64,000 bases of DNA, taken from positions 5,002 through 69,001 of IMG/VR virus record IMGVR_UViG_3300033066_001857; one strand, written 5' to 3'. The position numbers were made by a program, and so were the translations under genes. Shown here one piece after another: positions 46,902 to 57,743 of this stretch. Source of the DNA: a virus (taxonomy: Duplodnaviria; Caudoviricetes). The notes below the pieces were generated by a model. The model saw nothing but the letters and a program-made list of their open reading frames with translations, was not told the origin of the DNA and did not search any database. Numbering within the stretch: the first letter of the stretch is position 1; each line of letters opens with the position of its first letter.

Positions 46902-48545
46902 TTACTTCGCTGTACCGAAGGCCAGACCAGTAATCGGGTTTCTCATTACGATCTTCAGCACCTTAGTGGGGTCTTTTACCCAGATGCTAGGCATGGTTTG
47001 ACGCATGTAAACAGCGTAACCAGATACCTTGGGATTACCTTTGAAGCCTTGCAGCTGACGAGCCATGTAGGACATATCACCTTCTTCAACAAACCAGATA
47101 AGACCTTTGTCGTAAGTGGAGTGTTTCAGCAGGTAAATGTTATCGTTCATGTTCTCAGTCACATCAAAGATGATGAAGCTGTAAGAGCTCAGGCGATAAC
47201 CGTCGATGATGGGGTTGTCGATATCGTTATCGTGTACCGGATCAAGCGCAGGGTTAAGAACGAACTTAACGTTTGCGATGAACGGAATCACGAAGGAAGT
47301 GAACGCGAAGCCGAAGCCCAGATCCATTCCTTTGCTTGTAATAGCACCGATATCGGATGCGTTAACCACAAAGCCGTGTGCGAATGCATATTTTGCTATT
47401 GCTTCAGTGGCCAGTTTCATACCTCCCAGACCTGTCTGAACAACGATGTTACGTTGCGGATCAGGACCTACGAAGTTCTCTTTACCATTGAAGAAGTTGA
47501 ACAGCTCACTGCGGAACAGATCCAGGTTGAACTGGGATTTGTTATAAACCCGACGGTAAGAGCTATCCAGTTGTTGCCACAGACCTACAGAGAGACGAAT
47601 ATCGTCTGCACCTTCGCGAATGCGACCACCAGTACCCCACATCAAATAAGTTTCGATGTCACGGGTAATTTTGCTGATGTGAGCAGCTTCCATTGCAGGC
47701 AGCCAACCACGCAGCAGGGTACCATTACTCATAGAGCGTTTGACATAGTCTTCACCCATCTTGTTTACCATACCGTCCAGTGTGGTAATTGTCGGGTCCA
47801 GACCTGGGTCAAAACTACGCCAGATTTCAGTGATCTTCAGACCACCATTAGCCTGTACACCATTCTTTTCGATCAGTGCAGCGCGGCTAGAAACGGAGTA
47901 GTGAGAGTGTGCTTCAGCACCACCTACATAGTTGTAGTACTCACGATACCCTGAACTGATTACACCCAGGTCATCGTAGCTACGACCGTGCTCACCCCTT
48001 GCGGAAGTTTTACGGAAGATCTTTGTAGATGTTTTGAGGTACTTTTTGTCCAGGAAGCGGAAGTTGTCATTGTTCACCAGCTGAACGGTATAAGCCCAAC
48101 CGTCGCCATGGGGTTCAATTTTAGCAACTTCTTCAGGGACAACATACAGCTCTGGTCCGGAATACTTTGAGAAACCAAGTACCGAACCGTAGCCATAAGC
48201 ACGACGATTCAACTTGATTCGGAAAGTGGTACCATCCAGACCGGGTTTGTCGTTATCAGAAATATCCTCTACAATAAAGGGGATATCCTGAGCGGTGGGA
48301 ATCTGCCATTTGTACTGACCTTTGGGGTCGGTAACAGAAATAACGTTCCTACCTTTGAAAGAAGCCATCTGATACAGAGGGGCTTCTACTTTCTGGGTCA
48401 TTGCCCAGAGGTCAACCACACCGAGGTCGGTAGGTTGCTCTTGCTTAACAAGGTTAAGCAGGTGGTAGCTATCGACGTGACTGTCCACTTTGAAGGACGT
48501 GTCGCGTACAAATAGGCCATTGTTTAGTACGGGGGTGTTAGCCAT
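46902..48545 (-). CDS. Major capsid protein (crAss-like)
   Basis: 547 aa; LNNGLFVRDT...DSYHL...DLGVVDLWAM...GLWQQLD...MPSIWVKDPTKVLKIVMRNP; strong codon bias. Confidence 0.85.
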   Translation of the reverse strand: MANTPVLNNGLFVRDTSFKVDSHVDSYHLLNLVKQEQPTDLGVVDLWAMTQKVEAPLYQMASFKGRNVISVTDPKGQYKWQIPTAQDIPFIVEDISDNDKPGLDGTTFRIKLNRRAYGYGSVLGFSKYSGPELYVVPEEVAKIEPHGDGWAYTVQLVNNDNFRFLDKKYLKTSTKIFRKTSARGEHGRSYDDLGVISSGYREYYNYVGGAEAHSHYSVSSRAALIEKNGVQANGGLKITEIWRSFDPGLDPTITTLDGMVNKMGEDYVKRSMSNGTLLRGWLPAMEAAHISKITRDIETYLMWGTGGRIREGADDIRLSVGLWQQLDSSYRRVYNKSQFNLDLFRSELFNFFNGKENFVGPDPQRNIVVQTGLGGMKLATEAIAKYAFAHGFVVNASDIGAITSKGMDLGFGFAFTSFVIPFIANVKFVLNPALDPVHDNDIDNPIIDGYRLSSYSFIIFDVTENMNDNIYLLKHSTYDKGLIWFVEEGDMSYMARQLQGFKGNPKVSGYAVYMRQTMPSIWVKDPTKVLKIVMRNPITGLAFGTAK

Positions 48546-48567
48546 TGTTTATGATTGTTTTGTTTTA

Positions 48568-49821
48568 CTACTTTTTTAAACCTGATAAGAAACCAGGTGT
48601 GGGTTTAGGAATACTCTTTCTTTTCCTTTCTCCATCCGCATTCGGTTCAGGTACGGTAGAGGTTGCCGTCTTCTTTCCTTGTTCTGTCTTGAGAACTCGA
48701 ACGGTCTCAGAGACAACAGCATTCTTCAGATTTTTGGCAACGGCTTCTTTAAATCCTTTCGGATCTCTGAGAAGCCAAAGTGCTTCGTACATCAATTCAA
48801 AATTCGGTTCGATGTACTGATATTTTTCCAACAGGTGTCCTAGCTCATTTGTTGTAGCGCCTCTTCGGGTCTGGTAGCTTGCCTGAGTGAGACCGGCCCA
48901 TAACGCGCTTTGAGTTTTCTTATCCAGTTGAAGGTCTCCGAGTTTTCCCGAAATGATCGCCTCTTGAGCATTCTCAAGATAGGTTTGCATTTCCTGTTCC
49001 TGGATGGCGCGGGTTCTTTCCTGGCGGGTCAGCTGTTGTTTTATGACCTCTTCGTGCATCTTTTCCAGCTTGGGTTTATACTTGTTGGCAAGTTTCTCAA
49101 CTTCGCTATCCCCAAGCTCTTTAATTCGATCCACTTCTTCCGAGATCTCATCTTCTGAACCCCAATCAATAGCTCGATAGTATTCACGAATAATAGATTC
49201 CCGGTCCTTTAATTGTTTGGTATCCAGTGACCTTATCTCCTCAGTGGCAGCAAGAGCCTTGAACAAACCTTTAAGGTCTGTTCCCCCATCGGCTACATAT
49301 TTTGCAGCGTATTGGATTTCCTGTGGAAGTGATTCAAAGAACTCGTTTATTTCTGTATTCAGAGCTTCCTTCTTGTGATGTTCGATATTAGCTTTCAGGA
49401 GCTCCTTCAGATCTTCGTTGCTATAATTTGACAGAGGCTTGTCCTCATCAAATGGGAATAAAATATCTTCTTTTGTCAGCTCTTCCAAGACAGACACGAA
49501 GTTTGCAGGCTGAACTCCCTTTTTACTGGGATCTTCGTCATCATCGTTTTCATCAGGTCGATCAAGAACTGAATCGATGTCTGTGATGGGAACATCTTTC
49601 TTTTTTGGGTCAATTACGGTTTCGTCTTTTTTAGGAGGCTCAACTTTTGCAGGTTCGACCTTTGGAGGATCAGTTGAAATTGGGCCGTCTAAAACAGGAT
49701 TCGACTTGTCGATATCCTTCATAAGCCCAACTGATTCAGTCTTTTCGACCGGTTTTTCAAACTCGCTAATAATTGAATCAAATGTTACATCTTTGATAGA
49801 TGTTGAGATGTTTTCAGCCAT
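48568..49821 (-). CDS. Capsid scaffolding protein (crAss gene 77-like)
   Basis: 417 aa, acidic helical; lies between portal and MCP. Confidence 0.65.
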   Translation of the reverse strand: MAENISTSIKDVTFDSIISEFEKPVEKTESVGLMKDIDKSNPVLDGPISTDPPKVEPAKVEPPKKDETVIDPKKKDVPITDIDSVLDRPDENDDDEDPSKKGVQPANFVSVLEELTKEDILFPFDEDKPLSNYSNEDLKELLKANIEHHKKEALNTEINEFFESLPQEIQYAAKYVADGGTDLKGLFKALAATEEIRSLDTKQLKDRESIIREYYRAIDWGSEDEISEEVDRIKELGDSEVEKLANKYKPKLEKMHEEVIKQQLTRQERTRAIQEQEMQTYLENAQEAIISGKLGDLQLDKKTQSALWAGLTQASYQTRRGATTNELGHLLEKYQYIEPNFELMYEALWLLRDPKGFKEAVAKNLKNAVVSETVRVLKTEQGKKTATSTVPEPNADGERKRKSIPKPTPGFLSGLKK

Positions 49822-49918
49822 GGTGGTTTTATTTTATTCCTCATTTATAATATATGATTAACTAACTGAAAAACAACATTTTCAAGTTGCTTCAGTAGTG
49901 AAAATATTCAGTATATGG

Positions 49919-52708
49919 CTATTTCTTCTTCTTCTTTGCTGCTTCTCTTGCTTTTTTGATCTTTTCCAACTCAGCGTTGGTCTTGTTTTCACGAGCAATA
50001 GCCAGCTGCTTATCTGCAACATCCCGTTGGGTTTGCATTTTTTCACGATCCATTTGCATCTTATCCATGGCCATGGACATCTTATTGCTTTCCTGTTCGC
50101 GCTTGAAACCCATGGTGTCAGCATATTCCTGCTGGCCACGGATAGCATCAAGCCTATCCAGGTATTCATCTTGGCCATTATCGGTAGAATCGGGGAACCC
50201 TGCAGCACGAATCTCGGCTTCAGCCAGACGGGCTTGCCTATCTTTCTCATTTTCAGAGGCTTCGAAGGCCTGAGTTGCCTGGAGCCTACGGTCTTCCGCT
50301 TCAGACATTTGTTTTTCCAGATCAGCCTTGTACTGTTCAGCCTGTTGCTGAGATCTCTGGAACTTGACTTCGCTCTCTTTGAGGGCATCCAGAATCTCGG
50401 AGGGTGTATCCAAGGCGAAGATTCGACCCAGGTCGTAGATAGAAGCTCCAGTGGTGTTGTTCTCAATAGCCAGTTGCTCAAGTTTCTTTTTGAGCTCCTT
50501 CCTTTCGAAACTGGTTGTACAGTATACGTCTATGTCGCGAGGAAGAAGGTCCATGCTGTCCGGAAGTTCAAAGATGATATCTTCATCCTTATCGTTCCTG
50601 TACGACAGGGTTACGGATTTCTTATTCTGAGATTGATAGAACTGAGCTGCACTCAGCATAAGTTCCCATACACGCGGCATCAGGAAATCAGAGTGTTGAG
50701 TAAAGTACTTTTCTGTCTGAGCATAAGAATTGCTAACGGCAGTCTGTGTACCAGTAGCTGTCTGCTGGGAGTTTACAGTTCCCATACGTTCAGCAGTAAT
50801 TCCGATAGAAGCAAGTGCCTGATTACGGAAATAGTCTGCCAGCTGAACTTTACCAAGTAATCTCTCGGTCTGGGAGGCATCGAGTTTCTGGAAGTTGTTA
50901 AAGTGTGTAGAAGTTTCTGTGTTTGCAAGGCTTGTATCCAACGGTAAGATCTGGAAGTTCTTCATTGCAACATAAGCCTTGGCCAGGTTGTTCTTGCCCC
51001 AACTCTCTCCAAGAGAGTGCTGCGGAAGCATATTCTGGTCAATTACGATTACCGTACCAAGCTCGTCAATCAGGATATCCGATATCTGGTTGTTCACCAT
51101 GTTGAAAGATATCTGGAACGGTTTCATCCTGTCTACGAGGGACATTGAAACAGACGATCTGTCTGAGAAGATAATACCTTCAATGGGGAGAGGGGCTCCG
51201 TAAAGAGAGCTGTTGCTCTTGAATTGAAAGGTCAGTCTATCAGGTTTTTTCTTGTCGCCAATGCCGAGATAAATAGGATCTGGTCCGGTAACACTATTTT
51301 GAATAAGGGTTGTGGGAGAGTTTCTACCAATCTTGATTCCACCCCATACCTCATTGATCCAAATCCAGTCGAGGTGTTCACCAAATACAAGGTTGTCCTT
51401 GGTCTTTTCTGTGTAGAAAGTGGTGTCGTAAAGAGGTTTGTCAACTACAATGTAGTCTTCAGATACTATAGCCTGAGTTAATTGCCCAAACTCATCAATC
51501 TTTGTAAGGTGGGCAACTTTCTTTTGACTTTTCCAGTAACCAGTAGTAACCCTAAGCAGATGCCTATCGGCTAACGTACTGTTCTTTTCGTCCATGAGGA
51601 GATCGAAAAGACTATGGGAAGTTGTTCGTGGACCAAAGGCATCCTGGAAAGCCATCATCTTTTTGTACTGGAGAGAACCATTCCGAACATTTTCCTCATA
51701 GGATTTGGTTCTATCGTAGTAAGATCCATCATTTGGCATATCCAGAAGATGCGTAGCATTCCTGGCAGGGAAGATTGTTTCAAGAGATTTGATTTCATCT
51801 GCGGTCATCTTGTGTCCGTACAGATCAATGACATCCGCAACTGTGAGCAGCTCAATGTACCCCGCAAAGTTTCCTTCAGAGACGTAACGTTTTTGAGGAG
51901 ACTTGTGGAAGAATACAGTACGAGGATCAAGAAGCCTGGGGATATAGTCATCTTCTAACATTACAATCTCCCAGAATTCCTCGTCTGTAATGAGAGAATC
52001 CCTAAATCCACGAGATTCCTGTTCGTCCATTCTGAATCTTTGCCTATCAGCATTGATTTGATGGGAAGCCCACTGTTCAATTACGCTTTTGTAGCTTTTC
52101 CGCATGAAGTTCTCTACCTCAGGAAGAGATTGAATAGCTTCCGGGGAAAATTGCTTTTGAACTTCTTCATCTTCCAGATCTGCCCCCATGGAAATTAGCT
52201 TTTGGACAATCTCTGTTTGGGCTTGCTGCACTAAGATCTGGTCTACAAGTTCTTTCTTTTTATCGAGCTTTTCGTTTCTGCTGATGTCATCCACTGCATA
52301 AGCTATTACTTTGTTGTTTCGCTTAAGGAATTCTCCAACAAGCAGGTCTACCACGTTGGGAATGATGGGGAAAAACTGTAATTCAGTCATTCCAATACCA
52401 TCTCCTTCATGGGTAAGAGAGTCTATGAGATCTTTATTCTCATTTGTCTCATCGACAGCATAGTCGCTTTTGTCAATAATACCATTAGCCAATTGATAAT
52501 TCTTAGTCAACCGCTTGTGTTTGAGCTGGATTTGCTGCATGCCCTGGAGTTCAAGCCAGTTCATGTTCCAAACTCTCCACTCATCCGTCTTTTCGCTGTA
52601 CGGAATCATCTGGATTGGCTGTATCAATGCTGTGGCGGGAGAGGAGATAGAATAAGCACTATCTGCCTTATACCCTTGCAGTAATTGAAAACCTGATATT
52701 AGTTGCAT
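49919..52708 (-). CDS. Portal protein
   Basis: 929 aa; FFPIIPNVVDLLVGEF, WINEVWGG, SLVDRMKPFQ, DELGTVI; follows TerL. Confidence 0.85.
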   Translation of the reverse strand: MQLISGFQLLQGYKADSAYSISSPATALIQPIQMIPYSEKTDEWRVWNMNWLELQGMQQIQLKHKRLTKNYQLANGIIDKSDYAVDETNENKDLIDSLTHEGDGIGMTELQFFPIIPNVVDLLVGEFLKRNNKVIAYAVDDISRNEKLDKKKELVDQILVQQAQTEIVQKLISMGADLEDEEVQKQFSPEAIQSLPEVENFMRKSYKSVIEQWASHQINADRQRFRMDEQESRGFRDSLITDEEFWEIVMLEDDYIPRLLDPRTVFFHKSPQKRYVSEGNFAGYIELLTVADVIDLYGHKMTADEIKSLETIFPARNATHLLDMPNDGSYYDRTKSYEENVRNGSLQYKKMMAFQDAFGPRTTSHSLFDLLMDEKNSTLADRHLLRVTTGYWKSQKKVAHLTKIDEFGQLTQAIVSEDYIVVDKPLYDTTFYTEKTKDNLVFGEHLDWIWINEVWGGIKIGRNSPTTLIQNSVTGPDPIYLGIGDKKKPDRLTFQFKSNSSLYGAPLPIEGIIFSDRSSVSMSLVDRMKPFQISFNMVNNQISDILIDELGTVIVIDQNMLPQHSLGESWGKNNLAKAYVAMKNFQILPLDTSLANTETSTHFNNFQKLDASQTERLLGKVQLADYFRNQALASIGITAERMGTVNSQQTATGTQTAVSNSYAQTEKYFTQHSDFLMPRVWELMLSAAQFYQSQNKKSVTLSYRNDKDEDIIFELPDSMDLLPRDIDVYCTTSFERKELKKKLEQLAIENNTTGASIYDLGRIFALDTPSEILDALKESEVKFQRSQQQAEQYKADLEKQMSEAEDRRLQATQAFEASENEKDRQARLAEAEIRAAGFPDSTDNGQDEYLDRLDAIRGQQEYADTMGFKREQESNKMSMAMDKMQMDREKMQTQRDVADKQLAIARENKTNAELEKIKKAREAAKKKKK

Positions 52709-52971
52709 GTAGTTGTAATTGTAAAGGCGTTATAGGTATTTGTCCCCCCTGTATTAGGGCTATACAAATAAGTCGGAGTGATGTATGTTGGGGGATAAGA
52801 AGGGGTCCAGGTTACGTCATAAGCTACTTCTTTCCTGAGAAGCGCAAATGCTTCCTGGAGAGTGATAGCCCCGGATTTGATCAGACGTTCTACAAGCTCA
52901 AGCTTTTGGGGGTCTGAAGACATTGCGTTAGGAACATGCCATGAGTAATAACCAGTAGAAGTTTGTACCAT
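52699..52971 (-). CDS. Small hypothetical protein between TerL and portal
   Basis: 90 aa; LVERLIKSGAITLQEAFALL plus a Pro/Thr/Tyr-rich tail. Confidence 0.55.
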   Translation of the reverse strand: MVQTSTGYYSWHVPNAMSSDPQKLELVERLIKSGAITLQEAFALLRKEVAYDVTWTPSYPPTYITPTYLYSPNTGGTNTYNAFTITTTCN

Positions 52972-55175
52972 TATCGTATGTTTTTAAATGCTGAACGTTT
53001 GATGTTATACCCTTCAGCTGCAGGAGCTTGAGCCTGTCCAATATTGTGGAAGGCCCTCGGTATTAACTTATATAAATTTTTGGACTTTGTGAAATTTTCC
53101 TTATATTCTACGATCTTCTTATAGCCACGATTGGCCAATTGCAGGCTACGAAACGCTGCCATGGCTGCGAAAGCAACAAGACGGTCAACGTTGAGTCCGT
53201 CTCGATAAAGGAGCATTTCTTTCAGTAATACCACGTCAATGATCCTATCTATACCATAGTGGGTCTTTATTGCTGTCCCGTCAGCGAGGAATTCCTGGTC
53301 TCGGACCTCTTTACAGAATTCAATTGCGTATGACAGAAGGTGCCCGGAGAAGATGGTTCCTGTATTCTTCCAGCCAAACGATGTGTATACTGTCGTATTA
53401 GACTTGATCTCCTGAAGGAATACGATCTGATCCTTTGGTACCAGGTACTTCTGGCGATTCTTGAGGATCATATATTGGATGAACAGAGATACGTTGTTCT
53501 CCACCAAAGCCCATGCATTGTAGGCTTCAATCAGCAACGAAGCTATCTCGTGGGTATCGTTGATATCATCATACCTACCCGTCCAAGAAGCAACCATCTT
53601 ATCTCCTTCTATGATGGATCGAGTTCCCTCCAAGGAGTGTTCAACTCTTTCCAATGGAGCCTTGTATATTTGAATACAAAACAGTGATTCTGAGGTAGTT
53701 GACTTACCTTCACCCACAGGGTCAATTGAAGCATAATAGGTTCCCCACTCTGGAGAATCCATGGGACGTTCATGCATAATTACACACCCTCGCTTATCTT
53801 CCGCTTTCTTATCTGTGGGAAAGTCCAGCGGAAACCTCCGGCTATCCTTGAATTTAGGCTTACCGTTCTCATCGCGGTAGATATCCAGGTATTCCAGAAA
53901 GACTTCTTTATTCTCCAGCTCAGCAATCCTTTTCTGTACGAGGTGCACAGGGAAGATAGCTTCTGTACGAAAATCAAAGGCTTCTTTGATATTGATTGGG
54001 TGTTGGGATACCTCATACTGATATTTCTCAGGAGTGTATTCCTTCTTCCAGATCTTGCGTTGTTCAAAGATCTTTTCCAGGGCAAGCTCTACGAGAGAGT
54101 TGCCATACTCATCAATACAGGGTGGCATGGACCACTGTTCAGGGATAAACATTCCTGTCTCGCCCTCGCTCCAGTTCTCATCCATGAGGTTATGCTTCAC
54201 AGACAGGAAGTCTGATCCAGGACGCATAATCATTTCCTTAAGCGGATCACACTTGTCAAGCTCACCCACGGAACCAGCTATAATAAAAACTCCGGTAGTT
54301 ATCATACCGGATTTCATGGCAGGCTTCATGTAGAAGAATGTCTTATCTGCCTTTGGAGCAATACCACCTTCCTCGTGGAAGAAGTAAGTACAGGGACCAC
54401 CTACGCCAGCTGAGGCATCCTTTTCAAAGGACGTACCTGAGAAAAGAGATTTATTACCCTGAAAGCTCTTACGGCCATCTGCAGTAGTAACTTCCACACG
54501 CTGCTGCCAGTTAAGTACCTTGTCAGGAGTACATGCGCGGTACCACGCAGTATGTTTATTCAGGAAGTCACGGTATTCAGTAAGGAATCTCCACGAACCT
54601 TTAAGGTTAATGTAATCCTCACGAGAAGCACCCACTTTCAAGACTGCCCCTCTTTCAAACCAGAAAGCATTTAAAAGCTTTGCCATATGGAAGTACGACG
54701 AAGCTATCTGACGTTTCTTTAGGATGGGGCAGTGCTTGTAGTGGAGTTCTGCACGGAGTTCGTATAATGCTAAGTGATACTGAGCATCCCGAACCTTTGC
54801 AAATCCAAATGTACCTTCCTCCTTGTCGTAGATGGGCAGGAAGTTAAGCCACATATAATAATCCCTGGTTATATACCAGGTCTTATCTCCATTTTTGAAA
54901 ATTGCACCTCTGGTACACTTTATCTTTTCTCCATCCCAGTACTTTACAAAGTCTTTGCTTTTGAACGGAGCGTTACAATAAATTTTGTATTTGGCAAACA
55001 GTGTTCCCTGTTCATTGAATTTGTAAGAAGTCTCATCAAACTCATACTTTCCAGGCTCTTTGAATAAAGAATCTGAGAAATCCCGGAACTCTTCAAGATT
55101 TTGGAAAGTAGTTTCTCCCCAAGAATCATCTTGGGAATCATAGGTGGGAACAGCTAATGGGAACTTGTAGAGCAT
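52971..55175 (-). CDS. terL: Terminase large subunit
   Basis: LKKRQIASSY (Walker A variant), FFHEEGG (Walker B), ASIDPVG nuclease, LVENN, NVDRLVAF; no intein apparent. Confidence 0.9.
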   Translation of the reverse strand: MLYKFPLAVPTYDSQDDSWGETTFQNLEEFRDFSDSLFKEPGKYEFDETSYKFNEQGTLFAKYKIYCNAPFKSKDFVKYWDGEKIKCTRGAIFKNGDKTWYITRDYYMWLNFLPIYDKEEGTFGFAKVRDAQYHLALYELRAELHYKHCPILKKRQIASSYFHMAKLLNAFWFERGAVLKVGASREDYINLKGSWRFLTEYRDFLNKHTAWYRACTPDKVLNWQQRVEVTTADGRKSFQGNKSLFSGTSFEKDASAGVGGPCTYFFHEEGGIAPKADKTFFYMKPAMKSGMITTGVFIIAGSVGELDKCDPLKEMIMRPGSDFLSVKHNLMDENWSEGETGMFIPEQWSMPPCIDEYGNSLVELALEKIFEQRKIWKKEYTPEKYQYEVSQHPINIKEAFDFRTEAIFPVHLVQKRIAELENKEVFLEYLDIYRDENGKPKFKDSRRFPLDFPTDKKAEDKRGCVIMHERPMDSPEWGTYYASIDPVGEGKSTTSESLFCIQIYKAPLERVEHSLEGTRSIIEGDKMVASWTGRYDDINDTHEIASLLIEAYNAWALVENNVSLFIQYMILKNRQKYLVPKDQIVFLQEIKSNTTVYTSFGWKNTGTIFSGHLLSYAIEFCKEVRDQEFLADGTAIKTHYGIDRIIDVVLLKEMLLYRDGLNVDRLVAFAAMAAFRSLQLANRGYKKIVEYKENFTKSKNLYKLIPRAFHNIGQAQAPAAEGYNIKRSAFKNIR

Positions 55176-55693
55176 TAATCTTCATTTTCTTGGTCGTAAC
55201 TTTGGAAGGCCCCACCTCTAACTCTAGATTTCTGCAGATCTTCTTCTGCCATTTTTTCAAGCAGTCTGAATTGGGAATAGGATTTACCTACGTTGTTCAT
55301 CTGGGCCTGGAGCTGGGCATAGTTTCCGTCCCTACCAGTTTCTACCTGGGCAGTACGTGCAAACTTACCGAGGGTCTCCATCAGGACTTTATTGTCAAGA
55401 TAGTAACGATATCCAGGTGTCATATAGAAACTCTCAAGCTTCTTTCTGGCATTCAGCATTACTTCATCCTCGGGAGAATATTCTCCAGGAAAGTCCGAAA
55501 AGATTACTTCTTCTTTGATACTCTCCTCAATCTGGTTGTATGGACCAAATGGATCGCAGAGATGCCTCAGAAAAAGAAGTGCTGGCTTCGGGTCCTCATA
55601 CGCCTCGTAGACAGCCTTTAACTCAGGTATGGATAGGATATGCTCATTTATGATTAACACACCCTCTTGAATATCAAATATTTGTGGTAACAT
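55175..55693 (-). CDS. Conserved gene upstream of TerL (possible small terminase subunit)
   Basis: 172 aa; ends VRGGAFQSYDQ; TAATG-coupled to TerL. Confidence 0.45.
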   Translation of the reverse strand: MLPQIFDIQEGVLIINEHILSIPELKAVYEAYEDPKPALLFLRHLCDPFGPYNQIEESIKEEVIFSDFPGEYSPEDEVMLNARKKLESFYMTPGYRYYLDNKVLMETLGKFARTAQVETGRDGNYAQLQAQMNNVGKSYSQFRLLEKMAEEDLQKSRVRGGAFQSYDQENED

Positions 55694-55916
55694 CCTTTCC
55701 CTGTTTAATCAGTTCAGTTAAGTCCATGGTCAGCTTTTTGACAAGGACATTTATCAAATATGCCTGGGTAGAAGTATCGATTTCAATTATTGCGCTACCC
55801 TGCTCCAGATAAATTTTCTTCCCCTCTTTGTCTCCATATATTCGTAAGTTCTTGTCTGAATCTGAAACGTCACGTATGTCGCACCAAAAGATGCGATCAA
55901 ATAGTAATGAACTCAT
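55674..55916 (-). CDS. Hypothetical protein
   Basis: 80 aa, overlap-coupled. Confidence 0.45.
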   Translation of the reverse strand: MSSLLFDRIFWCDIRDVSDSDKNLRIYGDKEGKKIYLEQGSAIIEIDTSTQAYLINVLVKKLTMDLTELIKQGKDVTTNI

Positions 55917-56665
55917 CTATATCGATTTTTAAAATGCGTTATGAGGCGATGCACATCATCTTGCAGATCGGGGAGCTCGTAAGGTGTAATATTAGAAACC
56001 TCTTCGGTTTCGTCAAACTGGATATGCAATAGCTCCAGCTTTCCTACTTTCAGAAGAGGGTTGTTCTTACGGATGATATACGCATAGATATTGAGCTGCA
56101 GGGCATAGTGCCAATAGTTGGAATTGGGAATCCCTGTAATAGGATCAAGCATTCTTTCTTCAATGCCTTCCCAGTTTACAAAGCCATGCTCTTTGATCTC
56201 TTTGTTGGTCTTGTAGTCCTTGATATGGATCAGCCCATTGGAGATCATGACATAGTCTGCTTGGCCACAGATGTGTGCGGAGTTCAGGAGTACCAGGAGT
56301 TCTGGATATACACCATCCTGAAGCTTTTGAGGAGGGGAGATTTTGTTTCCGGCTTCGTCTATGACGGGATGACAAATAGGGAGGGCATTTCCGTCCAGAC
56401 CGATTGTTTCACAGGACAAGAGATCCTGCTCGCGCTGCTTGTGGAATTTTACGCCGCGATTTACAGCCTTTTCATTTTCAGCTTTCCATTTCAGCTTTAC
56501 ATCTTCAACAGAAAGATTATGCTTCTTTGCATACCTTTTCGCAATCATATCCCAGTTTTTCTTAGGTTGATACTGGTGAATGAGCTGCGTTACAGATGTC
56601 CAAGGAAGCGTATCGTTCTCCTGAAGAGAAAGGTACTGATGTTTATCTTCAATGAATTTGATCAC
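55913..56665 (-). CDS. PD-(D/E)xK nuclease (Cas4/RecB-like)
   Basis: ICGQADYV...IHIKDYKTN...HYALQLNIYAYI. Confidence 0.85.
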   Translation of the reverse strand: MIKFIEDKHQYLSLQENDTLPWTSVTQLIHQYQPKKNWDMIAKRYAKKHNLSVEDVKLKWKAENEKAVNRGVKFHKQREQDLLSCETIGLDGNALPICHPVIDEAGNKISPPQKLQDGVYPELLVLLNSAHICGQADYVMISNGLIHIKDYKTNKEIKEHGFVNWEGIEERMLDPITGIPNSNYWHYALQLNIYAYIIRKNNPLLKVGKLELLHIQFDETEEVSNITPYELPDLQDDVHRLITHFKNRYR

Positions 56666-56996
56666 GGATGTTTATTTTTTCCTCTATGACCTCTTCTTGT
56701 TTAAGTTTCAAAGCCCTCCATCTCGGGGTCGCATCATCAGAACAGTCACAAGACAGACATGCAGTAAGCTCTACAATGACACACCCGCAAATCCCACAGC
56801 TGGGTTGTCCATCAACTACTACGTTGGGACCGGTACCATCCTTATCAAAATAAGGACAGCTCAAACATGCTTCACGACGTTTCTTAACCTCGTGATATGC
56901 CCAGTGCGTCTTATTAAAGAAAAAAACAATATGGTTATACCAGATTCCCTCCAGTATCTTCCATTTTGAATGCCAGATCTTACTTAGTTTCGTCAT
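56649..56996 (-). CDS. Cys-rich Zn-binding protein
   Basis: RREACLSCP...CGICGC...CLSCDC...RW. Confidence 0.65.
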   Translation of the reverse strand: MTKLSKIWHSKWKILEGIWYNHIVFFFNKTHWAYHEVKKRREACLSCPYFDKDGTGPNVVVDGQPSCGICGCVIVELTACLSCDCSDDATPRWRALKLKQEEVIEEKINIRDQIH

Positions 56997-57345
56997 GTTT
57001 CTTCCTCCGGTTTGAAACGTCGGAACGCTTGTCGTATTCCATTTGACGCAGCTCTTTCAAAGAAGCCAGGCGTTCCAGCTTTCTTGTAAGGTTTGCATGC
57101 CTCAAACTTTCAGGATCGAGTTCCGGCAATAACTTCTTAATATTGTTTTCTGACTTTTCGATCTTGCTTCTGGCAACGCGCATCTCCCCTATCTCCGGGA
57201 TATTTACATTCAAATGCTTTAAGCTCCTCACAGAGCTTATTACTTCCTCCCAGAAAGAGTCAACGACTGCACGAACCGTTTTCTCAGAAAGACCCATCTC
57301 TTCGGAGACCATTGGGATGATATCTGATTTCTTTAATGCCCTCAT
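56980..57345 (-). CDS. HU/IHF-like DNA-binding protein
   Basis: KKSDIIPMVSEEMGLSEKTVRAVVDSFW...VNIPEIGEM. Confidence 0.65.
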   Translation of the reverse strand: MRALKKSDIIPMVSEEMGLSEKTVRAVVDSFWEEVISSVRSLKHLNVNIPEIGEMRVARSKIEKSENNIKKLLPELDPESLRHANLTRKLERLASLKELRQMEYDKRSDVSNRRKKHDETK

Positions 57346-57743
57346 CGGTTGATTGCTTTAAAGTCGATCATGATATCCCCGCTGCTTTCAATCTGAAGAG
57401 AGGGATTGATTTGATACTCATAACGCTTTGGCTCAACCAGAAAATTGAGCTTGAGCAGTTTGTTACGAGTGTTTCTCACAGACTGTTTGTGTGAGAACTT
57501 CTTTTTAGTTACGAGTTCAGAAGGAGTGTTCCTTCTGTCGTACCCATAGATTGCAACATGGGTCAGGAGATTGTAATCTCCGGGGGTGAGATGAATCCTC
57601 TGAGTAAAACAGTAGAGCATAAGCTGAAGCTTAACCACTTCCTCCAAACTCAGATTTCTCACCCGTTTTTCAACGAGCTTGACTGTCTGCATTTTTAAGA
57701 GGATTAGATTTAGGTGCTTCCTTCGGAGGTTCCTTAAGCTCAT
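57342..57743 (-). CDS. Putative winged-helix DNA-binding protein
   Basis: HKQSVRNTRNKLLKLNFLVE...YQINP; true start probably the internal Met (MQTVKLVEK). Confidence 0.5.
   Translation of the reverse strand: MSLRNLRRKHLNLILLKMQTVKLVEKRVRNLSLEEVVKLQLMLYCFTQRIHLTPGDYNLLTHVAIYGYDRRNTPSELVTKKKFSHKQSVRNTRNKLLKLNFLVEPKRYEYQINPSLQIESSGDIMIDFKAINR

Noticed and set aside
46998-47954. 318-aa + strand ORF, and likewise 49898..50860, 43364..44134 and other + ORFs
   Set aside because: Antisense shadows of highly biased MCP, portal and capsid genes; no recognisable motifs or promoter context
52971-55175. Intein or intron in TerL
   Set aside because: Motifs contiguous; no LAGLIDADG/HNH insert or HN-C splice junction seen
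55913-56665. Cas4 as part of a CRISPR system
   Set aside because: No other cas genes or array; a stand-alone PD-(D/E)xK nuclease is a usual neighbour of terminase in crAss-like phages
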